64,000 nt of DNA. Source: a virus. The stretch covers positions 48,617 to 112,616 of the IMG/VR virus record IMGVR_UViG_3300018411_000639; one strand, 5' to 3'. The position numbers were made by a program, and so were the translations under genes. The notes under the pieces were generated by a model. It was not told the DNA's origin. It was given only the letters and a program-made list of their open reading frames with translations, and made no database searches. Position 1 is the first letter of the stretch, and every line of letters starts with the position of its first letter. This document shows, in pieces, positions 40,862 through 50,728 of this stretch.

Positions 40862-41935
40862 CTACGCTTGTTTGATGATTGTCATCGGGAATGACTTGTT
40901 CTGAGAATACTCTGGCCCTGCTGATGCATTCGAGCTTGCTACCAACTGAAGAACTGTCTCTGCGTTGGTCTCGCCAACGGCTGGACGTGTAACTTGCGCT
41001 ACGAAGTGAGTCCCCGCATCCACAACCTTCAGGTTCGGGTTGGTTGGGTCTGCCGCTCCGCCGGCCGTCATAACTGCCCATGCGAGTGACACAGTAGCTG
41101 CCTCTGGTGAGATAGATACTACATTCTTCGGCAAGATCATGTTTTCCACGACTTGATTCAAGGAAACGTTGTCGCCTTTAATCACAGATGCATCAACCAC
41201 AGAGATAGAGCGGACTACAGCTTCTAAGTTTGTGATAGGAAGTTTCATGACCTTGTTTGCCATAAAGTAGACTGTCTTGGTGACGTCTCCTTTTGACACG
41301 AAACCGGTTAGTGACACTGTACGATCTCCCTCAGAGAAGGATGGGCGCACGACTTTACCAGTAGCAGAGATAGCATCGGCTGCTGTACTTGTCCACGCGA
41401 TCAGGGAGCCGTGAGCTCCTTTGGTAGGAAGCGTCAAGTCTGTGTTGATTTCAGTCCGGATCGCGTTTAGTCCTTTGATGGACTCCCACGAGATTGCTGT
41501 AAGGTCCAAGTCAACCTCTTCTTCGTTCGTCCACGCAACGACGCTCAGCGGGATAACTTTTGTTTCAGTGATGATGCCCTTTTTGATAGTTGCTGTCATC
41601 GTTACTGCGGTAGCTGCCGATCCATTTGCCGGACGTACCACTGTACCGATGTTGTCAACCGTAAGAGGGGCGCTCGATACCCATGTAATGACTGACCCAT
41701 TTGGTCCGACCGATTGCAAGAATAGATTGCGGCGTACCGCTTCTTTTCCTGCAATATCTAGCCAAGTTTTGTCTGCCATGACGACCTGTGTGTCTGTCAT
41801 ACCGGCTTGCTTTACGCTAGCTGGGTATGTTTTGCTTTTTGTTACTGTACCTTTGGTTACAGTAGCGGTGAGGGATAAAACCCCGTCACCGTTACCATAA
41901 GCAGGTCTTGTCACTTTGCCTTTAACCATCGTCAC
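40862..41935 (-). CDS. Ig-like repeat protein (atrophied bacterial Ig type), starting with a half domain
   Basis: Three repeats of L.LP..G..GS.I.W.S..G.V.RP....V.LT; GTG start after GGAGG. Confidence 0.75.
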   Translation of the reverse strand: MTMVKGKVTRPAYGNGDGVLSLTATVTKGTVTKSKTYPASVKQAGMTDTQVVMADKTWLDIAGKEAVRRNLFLQSVGPNGSVITWVSSAPLTVDNIGTVVRPANGSAATAVTMTATIKKGIITETKVIPLSVVAWTNEEEVDLDLTAISWESIKGLNAIRTEINTDLTLPTKGAHGSLIAWTSTAADAISATGKVVRPSFSEGDRTVSLTGFVSKGDVTKTVYFMANKVMKLPITNLEAVVRSISVVDASVIKGDNVSLNQVVENMILPKNVVSISPEAATVSLAWAVMTAGGAADPTNPNLKVVDAGTHFVAQVTRPAVGETNAETVLQLVASSNASAGPEYSQNKSFPMTIIKQA

Positions 41936-41952
41936 AAACCTCCGTTAGTGTT

Positions 41953-44490
41953 TTAAATTTCTGTAATCAGGATCAATTCTTCGCTTGAAGATGTCCAGTT
42001 AACAGCTAAGTTATTTGTCGAAGTAGCTGGAAGAACAACGTCTGTTGTTAAACTATGCAAACTACCCACCAGGATATCCAGTCCGTCTATCGCCTCATTG
42101 ACAGCTTCTTCATCCGTGATTGCTTTCGGTCTACGAACAGCCTTCTTGACAGCAAAGCCATACGTCGCATTAGGAGAGCCTGCAAACGGAGAGAAAGGAG
42201 CTGTGATCGGGAAGAAGATGTAAGTTTCCTCTTCTTTTGTCGCATCTTTCTTGAAGTCACGGTTTACGATCAATTCGTCAAACGCGTACAAGGAAGATGT
42301 GTCGATTGCCAAGCAATCTGCCAAGACTCCACGAGGGCCGTCATTTCCGTGAGTAATCTTCAGTTTATCTGCGTAGTACTCGCCAGTGTAAGCTGACTTA
42401 CCGTACTGCTCTTTGGACATGTACTCTTCCGTGCTTGTGAACATCAGGTGATGCTTCTGGAAGTACGCCTTAGAACGCGTATGCAGCATAGAGATGTCAA
42501 CCACGCCAGTCGCAGTGTTCTTGCCGTAGGTGTCCGGTAGGACGATGTCGATTACGTTACCAAATCCATCGCGCGTGATACCTTTTACGGTTTCATACTT
42601 TTCAGTATAGTAATCGTAATTTAGTGTCAGTTGGACCGTTTCAGAAGGAGCGGAGAACAGAGTTACATCTGCCGTCTTTCTGTCAGCAGAGATGGAAACG
42701 ATACAACTTGTCCCATTTGGTAATTCGCTGACAACACCTGTCTGTAAGTCTTCGTGTGTGACGCTGAACGCTCCTAGCGGATCAAACAACTTGCCGCCCT
42801 CCTGGATGACATAAGAGAATTGTGTGGTCTCCCCTGTCCCCATTGCCATCGGCACACTGTCGCTCATCGTGATGCGCTTCTTCTCGGTGGAGGCTGCGCA
42901 CGGCGTTGTAGAGGACGAAGTGAACAACGCAAAGTTGCCGGCAGTGTCGTTGATCGAGTTTTCAAACGATTCGATCTGCCCTAAGTAAGCCGCTGAAATC
43001 AGGTGGCGGTTTCTTCCGAAGTCCAATGAGGGGTTCCCCATGACAACTAACGCCATGCGGTCGTTGTTCGTGTTGATCCAGAAGCGGATACGCGTATCCC
43101 CGTTCAAGCCCGGAGTTTCTACCGGCAGCCACAGCATGCCATCCGTTAGATCGCTTTCGCCGACATCTCCATCCAGTTCGTCAATGCGAACTTCTTCAAA
43201 ATCTTGATACCAGGACAGCTTCGACCATTCTGATATATGGGATTTGAGTTGAAGGATATCGCCCGTGTTTTCGTCGATGACGTTTGGCATAGGTCCGTTG
43301 CCGTCCGAGTTGATCGCATCATACATGCGTGCGTAGATATAATGATTATTGTAAAGCAGTTTCTTGGCTGCAATTACACTTTGCTCTTTTTCGTACGTGT
43401 AAGTTAACACAGGCTGACCAATGGACGCCACTGATCCTGATACGGTTTTCAGTATTTTCAACGTAAAAGTAGAGCGATCATAAGACCACGAGTCGCCAGA
43501 CAGAGGTGTTGATGATCCGCTGTTGTTCAATGACAAGGTTACGGACTCCGCATTGACTTTATCCAGTTCAGGGAGTTGATATTCGAACCCGACATCTATG
43601 ATATAGGATTCATTTATCGCTTTAAGTGTGACGTCAATGCAGAGCGTACTATTTCTGCTAACGTACATGAATACGGTCATGCTGTCCTGCAATAGAACAG
43701 CTTCCTCTGACATGGCCAACTCTTCTGCTGCCATCTTCAGAAACAAAGACCCTTTTAGTTTGAGCATGCTCTCTTTTGACGTAATCCTCTCTGTGATATT
43801 CCAGAGTCCTGTCGGAGTGATGGCAGGGTAAGAAATACCGAGAGCTGTTGCCAGAGAGTTAGTTAGAGATTTGTACGCAGTGTAATCCGACCTATAGAAC
43901 TCCTTGGTCATCACCTTTGTTGTTACAGGGTACTGTGTCGTGTTTTTCGGATGAGATATCGTACGAAGGCTGATTTCTTTTTCCGCCGTGCGATTGGCGA
44001 ACTCTTGGTAAATCCCTCGAGTGATAACGTAAGGCATGATACCTTTTCTCTCGCTCTCAGGATGGTACTGCTCAGGGTCAGCCAAATATTTTGGCTTATA
44101 CAGTTCCACATACATCTCAACAGACTCTTTGTTTAAGTCGTTTTCGATGCCGATATCATCTACTTGGAAGACGCCACTTAGATCTTTGGTTGAGGTCGTT
44201 GTCTTCAGAATGATAGTATTTCCCGATTGAGAAAGTTGGTTCTCGATCTTCGTAGCAAATTCTGCCGGAGTAAGAGCTGACCAGTCCATTACATTCAGAA
44301 GCTCACGCTGAGGTTTTGGATATACGATATCCCAGTTCTTGTCAATGATGATTTCACGGTCACGAATGACCTGCCCATTCGTATCTAGGACCGCTTCCGT
44401 CTTAACCGCAGTAGATAGGACTTTTGCAAGGTCTTTGATAAAGGTGTTGGCCGAAGATGTACCTTCGTAATAGCGCCAAGCGTTACTCAT
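41953..44490 (-). CDS. Major fibre/appendage structural protein ending in a half Ig domain
   Basis: 845 aa; SAYTGEYY..HGNDGPRG; C-terminal TDEEAV..LP..VNWTSS. Confidence 0.6.
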   Translation of the reverse strand: MSNAWRYYEGTSSANTFIKDLAKVLSTAVKTEAVLDTNGQVIRDREIIIDKNWDIVYPKPQRELLNVMDWSALTPAEFATKIENQLSQSGNTIILKTTTSTKDLSGVFQVDDIGIENDLNKESVEMYVELYKPKYLADPEQYHPESERKGIMPYVITRGIYQEFANRTAEKEISLRTISHPKNTTQYPVTTKVMTKEFYRSDYTAYKSLTNSLATALGISYPAITPTGLWNITERITSKESMLKLKGSLFLKMAAEELAMSEEAVLLQDSMTVFMYVSRNSTLCIDVTLKAINESYIIDVGFEYQLPELDKVNAESVTLSLNNSGSSTPLSGDSWSYDRSTFTLKILKTVSGSVASIGQPVLTYTYEKEQSVIAAKKLLYNNHYIYARMYDAINSDGNGPMPNVIDENTGDILQLKSHISEWSKLSWYQDFEEVRIDELDGDVGESDLTDGMLWLPVETPGLNGDTRIRFWINTNNDRMALVVMGNPSLDFGRNRHLISAAYLGQIESFENSINDTAGNFALFTSSSTTPCAASTEKKRITMSDSVPMAMGTGETTQFSYVIQEGGKLFDPLGAFSVTHEDLQTGVVSELPNGTSCIVSISADRKTADVTLFSAPSETVQLTLNYDYYTEKYETVKGITRDGFGNVIDIVLPDTYGKNTATGVVDISMLHTRSKAYFQKHHLMFTSTEEYMSKEQYGKSAYTGEYYADKLKITHGNDGPRGVLADCLAIDTSSLYAFDELIVNRDFKKDATKEEETYIFFPITAPFSPFAGSPNATYGFAVKKAVRRPKAITDEEAVNEAIDGLDILVGSLHSLTTDVVLPATSTNNLAVNWTSSSEELILITEI

Positions 44491-45232
44491 TAGTGTTGCC
44501 TCCTTCTAGTAAACTTTCTTTTTCTGTCAACATTCGGATGCCGAGCCAGAGGATCTTGCTTGTCCCGCTGTCGTTAAAAAACTCCAACTTGAGGCGCGTT
44601 CCCGGTGCGGCCCGATAAACATAAGTGGAGGAGCCTAAGAATAGACCTTCCTTCACCTCTTGCAAGTACCAGTTCTTGAACCAGAGCTGATCATCACAGT
44701 AAAGATCGTACTTGTCACTTTCGCCGTAGCCGGTGGCTGTGACCGTAAGCCCGAGGATTTCAACGGGTTTGTCTAAGGGGGTGACGTATTCAACGGAGTA
44801 CATCCCTGCTATTGCGGGGACAGCCAGTTGAACCATTTCGTTATAAGGCTGAGTGAATTGCGCGAACCCGTCAATAGAGCCGATACGCTCGACTTCGTTC
44901 ACGGTGTTCAGTGTTCCGCCTGCCAGATTTCCGACATTATCAACCTGTTTTACGAGGTCAATCGTACCGCCTTGGATGTTCCCAATTTCTTCTACGAGCC
45001 TTACATTCTCAATATTCTGAACATTCTCTAGGTTTGTAACATTGTCAACTTGGCCCAGCTTTTCCAACATCTCAATCCGCTTGACCAACTCAACAACGGT
45101 TACTTCGTCAATGACGCCACCAAGGATGGTATCGACTTGCTTCACTCTATCTAGGACACCGCCGAGGATTGCTTTGAGGCTTTTTACCTCATCAATGACA
45201 CCGCCGGCATTGTAGTTTACATTAAAGCCCAT
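44483..45232 (-). CDS. Structural protein with short beta-helix-like repeats
   Basis: GGVIDEV / GGVLDRV / GGTIDLV / GGTLNTV repeats. Confidence 0.55.
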   Translation of the reverse strand: MGFNVNYNAGGVIDEVKSLKAILGGVLDRVKQVDTILGGVIDEVTVVELVKRIEMLEKLGQVDNVTNLENVQNIENVRLVEEIGNIQGGTIDLVKQVDNVGNLAGGTLNTVNEVERIGSIDGFAQFTQPYNEMVQLAVPAIAGMYSVEYVTPLDKPVEILGLTVTATGYGESDKYDLYCDDQLWFKNWYLQEVKEGLFLGSSTYVYRAAPGTRLKLEFFNDSGTSKILWLGIRMLTEKESLLEGGNTNE

Positions 45233-45235
45233 CTG

Positions 45236-46240
45236 CTAGACACCTCTCTCAACTGGAGAGAATACAAGGTAGCTGACATCACGTGCTTCGTCGTAGATAA
45301 GAGTCCACTCGCCCGCTACAGGTCCTTGTGGTTCGTCCTCGTCTTCTTCGTCAAAGGGACTCCCATATAGGTAGGAGTTCTCGAAGTCAACGTCCGAAGT
45401 CCCTATCCTTCCTACCATCTTGATATAGACGACATTCGTCTTCAAGCTGACACCAAAGCTTTTGTCATCCGGGAACATTTCCAAAACCTCAATCGGAGCC
45501 ACGAAGCTCGCATCCAGATCGCCTAAAAATAGGTCCTCATAGGCGTCTTCTCGGCTGACGACCTCTTGGACTTCCCTCTTGATAAAGAACTGAATAGGGT
45601 CGCTCCAGTGACCATTCACGGCCTTCACCCTTGCGTAGTACAATCCTTCTGTCAGGTTCAACGAGGGGAGGTATTCACTTTTCGCGTATTCACCTACGTT
45701 GTTGATCAGAAGTTCGTCACACAAGAGCGTCTCGAAAGTTTCCTCTCGCGACAACTGGAAGGTGTATGCCTTCGTTTGCTCGTCACCCCACGTGAAGACA
45801 GGAATCTCTGACGAGATCGTGCCGAAGCGAGGTGAGAGGAATGTCGGCTTAGCCCCTGTTGCGCTGCTCTCCGTATAGAAGATGCCCACAAAATCAGTTG
45901 CCAACCCTCTCCCAAGAACATCCGTTAGCCCTCCTGCCCGAATGAACACAAGGTATCGCCTATTCTCCGCTAAAGGATTCGTAGGACTGAAGATGATTGT
46001 CCGATCATCATACGAGGCTTTCCCTTGTACCGTTTCGTACTGAGAACGGTCCATCGAAGCGAGGTTCACAAAATGCAAACCCGGATCGGAGAGGACAACA
46101 AGATTGCCAATGATGGAACCTGTGTCTAGGTCAGAGTTAAAGCGGATGCGAATGTCCTCATGTACATCCACGCCAATCGACTGCATTGCCGGGGTCATTG
46201 ACTCCACCCGAAGGCCCATCGTTTCGACAGAACTCTTCAT
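45236..46240 (-). CDS. Ig-like (Big_5-type) + Fn3-like domain virion protein
   Basis: IRIRFNSDLD..IIFSP..L....Y.V.I..GLTD..G; YTFQLS..F..YYARVKA. Confidence 0.65.
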   Translation of the reverse strand: MKSSVETMGLRVESMTPAMQSIGVDVHEDIRIRFNSDLDTGSIIGNLVVLSDPGLHFVNLASMDRSQYETVQGKASYDDRTIIFSPTNPLAENRRYLVFIRAGGLTDVLGRGLATDFVGIFYTESSATGAKPTFLSPRFGTISSEIPVFTWGDEQTKAYTFQLSREETFETLLCDELLINNVGEYAKSEYLPSLNLTEGLYYARVKAVNGHWSDPIQFFIKREVQEVVSREDAYEDLFLGDLDASFVAPIEVLEMFPDDKSFGVSLKTNVVYIKMVGRIGTSDVDFENSYLYGSPFDEEDEDEPQGPVAGEWTLIYDEARDVSYLVFSPVERGV

Positions 46241-46268
46241 GCAATATCACCTACTTCCGAGGTTATTC

Positions 46269-46718
46269 TTATTCCTTTTTAGCAGCAGCTTTTTTGGCCG
46301 GAGCTTTCTTTGCAGGAGCGGCTTCAACTACTTCTTCTGTAGTTTCAACTACTTCTTCAACTACTTCTTCTGTAGTTTCTTCCGCAGTTTCAACCGTTTC
46401 AATGGTCTCTTCAACTTTTTCTTCTGCAATTTCAACTACTTCCACTTCTTCAACTACTTCTAGTTCTTTCAGTGCTTCAGCCATAGCTGCTTGTTTCTCT
46501 GCAGTCTCAGCTGTTTCGGTTTTCAGTTCACCGGCTTTGATGTCTACAACACCATTCACGTCAATCAATGTCTTTCCTCTTAGTCCTCTCAGAATAGAAG
46601 CGCTAAGCCGAGGGGAAGACCCCCTCGGCTTGAGTACGCTTAAATGGAGAGGAGCCTCTGGACAAAAGAACACGTAATTATCTCGAACCGCTGGGTTCAG
46701 TTGTAATACAATACTCAT
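46269..46718 (-). CDS. Small head-associated protein with acidic low-complexity tail
   Basis: Directly after the capsid gene; VEETTEEVVEE repeats and a basic AKKA terminus. Confidence 0.6.
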   Translation of the reverse strand: MSIVLQLNPAVRDNYVFFCPEAPLHLSVLKPRGSSPRLSASILRGLRGKTLIDVNGVVDIKAGELKTETAETAEKQAAMAEALKELEVVEEVEVVEIAEEKVEETIETVETAEETTEEVVEEVVETTEEVVEAAPAKKAPAKKAAAKKE

Positions 46719-46753
46719 CGTCTAGGCCTCCATTCCTTTAGTCTTGTTTGTGA

Positions 46754-47935
46754 TTATTGTGTGATGTTGATAGAACGTTCTGCTTGAGGGTAACCTTTCG
46801 CCATGGAAATGTTTCTACCTACACAGATTGCGCGTCCTTCGTTGTAAGTACCGAAGCCGTAACGTTCGATGACTTTCAGGTTACGCAAGTCGCGTGATGG
46901 GTCACGGAACTCTTCAGTTGTCAGGTCATCTTTCACGATGTTTACGCCGACGTTGTTTGCATCTACAGAGAAGATGTCGAATGTTTTGTTCACTTTGTCG
47001 ATTGGTGCGAATGGTGACAAGTTAACGTTGAATCCGAATGGAATACGTCCTTGGATGCTTTCTGGTCCCAATTTGAATTGAGCATTCGGCATGTCGCGTT
47101 TTGCTTCGCGATCGAAAGGAGCGCTTAAAGCACCAGTTAGGCCATTCTTGGCGAATGTCGTCCAAGCAAGTGGATGCATTACCAAATCTGTGGGAGTGTA
47201 CTCGTTGTTGTAGACTGCGATCAGCAAGTCCAACAAGTCGTCGATTGACATTGTGTCATTCAAGTTATTGTAGAAATCGACACCAGTCGTTCCTGCATCC
47301 TTGAAGCGGATTGGGTCTTGTTTGCGCAAGTTGTTATCGAAGACAACCCATCCATGAGTCAAGAACTCGTTGAAGGCTTTTTGTTCTTTGTGGCGAGCCA
47401 TAGCGCGGCCTGCCTCAGAAGTCATGATGCCTACAAGGTCAAACTCAACTTCTTTCAATAACTCGTCAGAGAATTGAATACGAACCCCTGATTTACCAAC
47501 TTGGATCAAGGAGTTCTTGTGTGTTTGCCAGTCTAAGGATTCCTGTGGAATTTCTTGACCTTCAGCCACATCGTGTGCACGCATTACGCCGATAGATGGG
47601 AACATAACCGCTTGGCCTGACTTCAAGCGTAATTTTTTGTAGAAGTTAGAAGCTAAGTACAACGGATCAGCTGCTTTACGCATTGCGCCTACGACTACGC
47701 GAGGGATCAATACTTTAGCTTGAGGAGTTGACAAGAAATCTTGAAGAGTGAAGCCCGGTACGTTTTCGCCGTCTACGACACGTTGGAAGACATTCATTAC
47801 CTCTTTGTCTTTGTCTGTAAGTTTATACAGTTTTACTTCTGAATCGCTCAACATGTCACCGCGATCTAATTTACCTGCGATGGAGTCTTGGATTTTTGTT
47901 TCTTGCTCTTGAATTTTGTCCAAAATCGTTAACAT
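46754..47935 (-). CDS. Major capsid protein (HK97 fold)
   Basis: 393 aa; VAEGQEIP..KSGVRIQFSDE..PTDLVMHP..ERYG; canonical position. Confidence 0.9.
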   Translation of the reverse strand: MLTILDKIQEQETKIQDSIAGKLDRGDMLSDSEVKLYKLTDKDKEVMNVFQRVVDGENVPGFTLQDFLSTPQAKVLIPRVVVGAMRKAADPLYLASNFYKKLRLKSGQAVMFPSIGVMRAHDVAEGQEIPQESLDWQTHKNSLIQVGKSGVRIQFSDELLKEVEFDLVGIMTSEAGRAMARHKEQKAFNEFLTHGWVVFDNNLRKQDPIRFKDAGTTGVDFYNNLNDTMSIDDLLDLLIAVYNNEYTPTDLVMHPLAWTTFAKNGLTGALSAPFDREAKRDMPNAQFKLGPESIQGRIPFGFNVNLSPFAPIDKVNKTFDIFSVDANNVGVNIVKDDLTTEEFRDPSRDLRNLKVIERYGFGTYNEGRAICVGRNISMAKGYPQAERSINITQ

Positions 47936-47994
47936 GGGTGTGTTCCTCCTCAGTGGGGTTTAAATATTGGGGGAGAAGCCTCCCCCACCTGTTA

Positions 47995-49194
47995 TTAGCG
48001 TTTCAACAATACGTGTACAGAACCAACCACGCCTTTGAAGTCCATGTATGTTGGAGTTCCGTAGTGGAAGGCTTTGAAGTCAGCTGTTACTTCTTTAGTA
48101 GCATCTAACTCTTCCAAGTTCACTGTGATGATACCTTTACCATAGTCGATTGTTACGCGCTCAGCTGCAACAACCACGCCTGCGATCTTAACAACGACGC
48201 CTTCTTGCAAGTTCTTCATTACGCCGCCTGCGTAATCTTTCGCTTGGAACGCCATCAAAGTGCCTGCTTGAACAGTGTCACCTACAGTACCCAGAGCCAT
48301 GTCTGTGTATTGCGTGTCGTTCTTGCCGTAGCCTAAGAAGTTACCTGTTCCGTCGTGTAAACCAGGAATACCAGTTGGGTTGTTGATCAACGAAGACTGG
48401 TACTGTTGGAACGTAGTGTTTCCTTCAGCATAAGCTGGGTCGTAAGGGTAGCCACCGTCTGAAGGCAGGTTTGAAGCGCCTGAACGGTTTAAGAATGCGT
48501 CGTCTTCTTTACGAGCTGACTCATCCCATAGCATCCACTGCATCCAGCCCCAAGGCTCAGAGTTCATGTCAGAAGCAAGTACCTGACCCACGATGTCGAT
48601 TGGGTTGTCAGTGTCTTTGATCCACTTAGTCAAACGACCAGATGGAGTCGCTTTAACGTAGTCGCCATCTTGTACGCCGGCACCGATAACAGAACCCCAA
48701 GGCATTTTCAGGTCAACTGTTAATGCTTGTTCTTCTGCCAGGACACCTTGTTTCGTGAAGCGAGCATCCGCTTCTACGCCTGGGATGTACGGCAATGTGA
48801 TGTAGTCTTGTGTGATGATAGAAGGTTGATTTCCACCAAAACGGTCTGACTGCAAGTAGTCTTTTGTAATGTTGTAAGGAACAACCCCGATTGGGTTCTT
48901 CGTTAAGGACATACCCGGTAATGTTAAAGTTGAACGGAACTTCTTAGTGACAAAGCTCTTAGAAGCTTTACCGTTGGCAACCACACGGCCTTTAGGGATA
49001 ACAACGTCTGTCATACCTGCGCCACCGTATTCGTAGTTCATCAGAACGCCGTTACGGAAAACACCTGACATATCTTGGTCTTGGAAGCTAGGGTCCAGTA
49101 ACCATTCTTCAGCTGGGGAAGCATGTCCACTCTTCACTAGGTGGGTATTGCTTCTTGAGCCTTCTACTCTATTAAAGCCTTCGTATAATGCCAT
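47995..49194 (-). CDS. Abundant head protein (decoration/cement-like)
   Basis: Between protease and capsid genes; VVIPKGRVV..PIGVVPY; GDYVK...GRL. Confidence 0.6.
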   Translation of the reverse strand: MALYEGFNRVEGSRSNTHLVKSGHASPAEEWLLDPSFQDQDMSGVFRNGVLMNYEYGGAGMTDVVIPKGRVVANGKASKSFVTKKFRSTLTLPGMSLTKNPIGVVPYNITKDYLQSDRFGGNQPSIITQDYITLPYIPGVEADARFTKQGVLAEEQALTVDLKMPWGSVIGAGVQDGDYVKATPSGRLTKWIKDTDNPIDIVGQVLASDMNSEPWGWMQWMLWDESARKEDDAFLNRSGASNLPSDGGYPYDPAYAEGNTTFQQYQSSLINNPTGIPGLHDGTGNFLGYGKNDTQYTDMALGTVGDTVQAGTLMAFQAKDYAGGVMKNLQEGVVVKIAGVVVAAERVTIDYGKGIITVNLEELDATKEVTADFKAFHYGTPTYMDFKGVVGSVHVLLKR

Positions 49195-49216
49195 TTTTTA
49201 GTCCTCCTCGACTGGT

Positions 49217-50728
49217 TTATCTTGAGATAAGGTTGATGATGGTGTCTTCAAAATCTTTCATTGTCGCAACAGGTTCCTTCTTAGCTTTAGCAGCCTCGTT
49301 GTCCCCAATTACGACAGCGTTTGGATCTTCATGGTCCACAAGGCCCGGGTTCGCAATGCTGCCCACTACCGTAGTGGTAGAGGTAGTCTTAACAGAACTC
49401 CAGTCCAATCCGTCAACCAATGCCGTCAGATCCTTTGCACTCATGCCGACAAGTTCGCTTGCGCGAGTTTCTCTCTCGTCGTCTGCTAGAGCACCAGATA
49501 AACGCTCAAAGTCCATTGCGCGTTCCGCCAACACCTTCTTGCTCAGAAGAGCTAGTTTGATGTTTTGTTGACGCACGTTTTGAGCGTCAGAGGTAGAAGA
49601 GCTGCTTTCTTGCTTCAATGTCTCGATCTCTTCCGACAGGTCTTCGACTTGTTGGGTGAAATCCGCCACACGTTGCTCCAAAGCTTCCTTATCCGCCGTT
49701 AACTGAGCCACTTCGTCTTTTAGTTCGTCGCGCTCTGCGATCGCCCGGTCCAGAACTCCTTGATCTCCGTCTTCATCCGATGTATCTGAAGTAGTGTCGC
49801 CACTATCGTCGGAACCATCTTCGGAACCATCTTCTGCAGCAAGACCTTCTTGAGTGCCTTCATTCGCTTCCCCTCCTTCTGGCTGACCATCTGTTGCGTC
49901 AGTCAAAGAGTCCATGATGGAAAGGATGTCGTCTTCTTCGTCTTTGATTGACGTTGAACCTGCTTGACCCTCTTCATCTTTCGTGGCCGCTTTTTCGGTC
50001 ACGACGGTAATCTTTTTGACTTGCGCCCAATCATCAGCAGGAGCGTTCACAACAGACCCTTCTTTGTACTCGATGTCCCGCGCGTTCCAGAAAGCTTTCT
50101 GGCCGTCGTAGGTTTCACCGCGCCAATGTCCGCAGAACTTCAAGACGCCATCTTTCACGATATCCTTGTTGCAGATGCTACAAGAAACATGTCCGACAGA
50201 GCCTCCGATACTCATCGTCTGGTAGCGACCGTCGAGAAACTTCTCGATTGCGTCACTGTCCGTAATCCGATAGGTGACATTGATCGTGTCGCGGTCTGCG
50301 ACAAATTGAGACGGACCATGTTCAAAGTCCACTACCCGACCCATCGGTTCTGCGTACATGTTGTGGTTCTTTAGGAAGGGTTTGGCGAATGGTGCTTTCC
50401 AACTGGCCGCATCTGCCTCCATGCTGTCGGAATGGTAGATGAATGAATTTCGATTTCGTCCGGAGTGCGTCGCTTCAAACTGTACGTCGATCGCTTTTGG
50501 CAAGCGGCCCGCATTGGACCCCGCTTCGTCCGAGAGCGTCGTCAAGTCGAATGCTGCGCCGGACGAGTCTACGATACTGGGTTTAAAGTCAGCCATGAAC
50601 GCTTTGTCTTCGTCAGACAACCCGGTATCAGCCGCGTCGCCATCTAAGTCTGTCGTCATGTCGGTAATGTCGCTCAAAGAAACTTCGAACTCTTTCCCGT
50701 TTGCGTCTGTAATCTTAATCTTTTTCAA
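49217..50728 (-). CDS. Prohead protease/scaffold fusion
   Basis: ATHSG.N.N..FLKNH..PMGR..DGRYQTMSIG..CSIC..CGH..E.S.VN.PAD, followed by an acidic coiled coil. Confidence 0.85.
   Translation of the reverse strand: MKKIKITDANGKEFEVSLSDITDMTTDLDGDAADTGLSDEDKAFMADFKPSIVDSSGAAFDLTTLSDEAGSNAGRLPKAIDVQFEATHSGRNRNSFIYHSDSMEADAASWKAPFAKPFLKNHNMYAEPMGRVVDFEHGPSQFVADRDTINVTYRITDSDAIEKFLDGRYQTMSIGGSVGHVSCSICNKDIVKDGVLKFCGHWRGETYDGQKAFWNARDIEYKEGSVVNAPADDWAQVKKITVVTEKAATKDEEGQAGSTSIKDEEDDILSIMDSLTDATDGQPEGGEANEGTQEGLAAEDGSEDGSDDSGDTTSDTSDEDGDQGVLDRAIAERDELKDEVAQLTADKEALEQRVADFTQQVEDLSEEIETLKQESSSSTSDAQNVRQQNIKLALLSKKVLAERAMDFERLSGALADDERETRASELVGMSAKDLTALVDGLDWSSVKTTSTTTVVGSIANPGLVDHEDPNAVVIGDNEAAKAKKEPVATMKDFEDTIINLISR

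Noticed and set aside
46320-46460. Tandem TTCAACTACTTC-type DNA repeats
   Set aside because: Explained by Glu/Val/Thr low-complexity coding sequence
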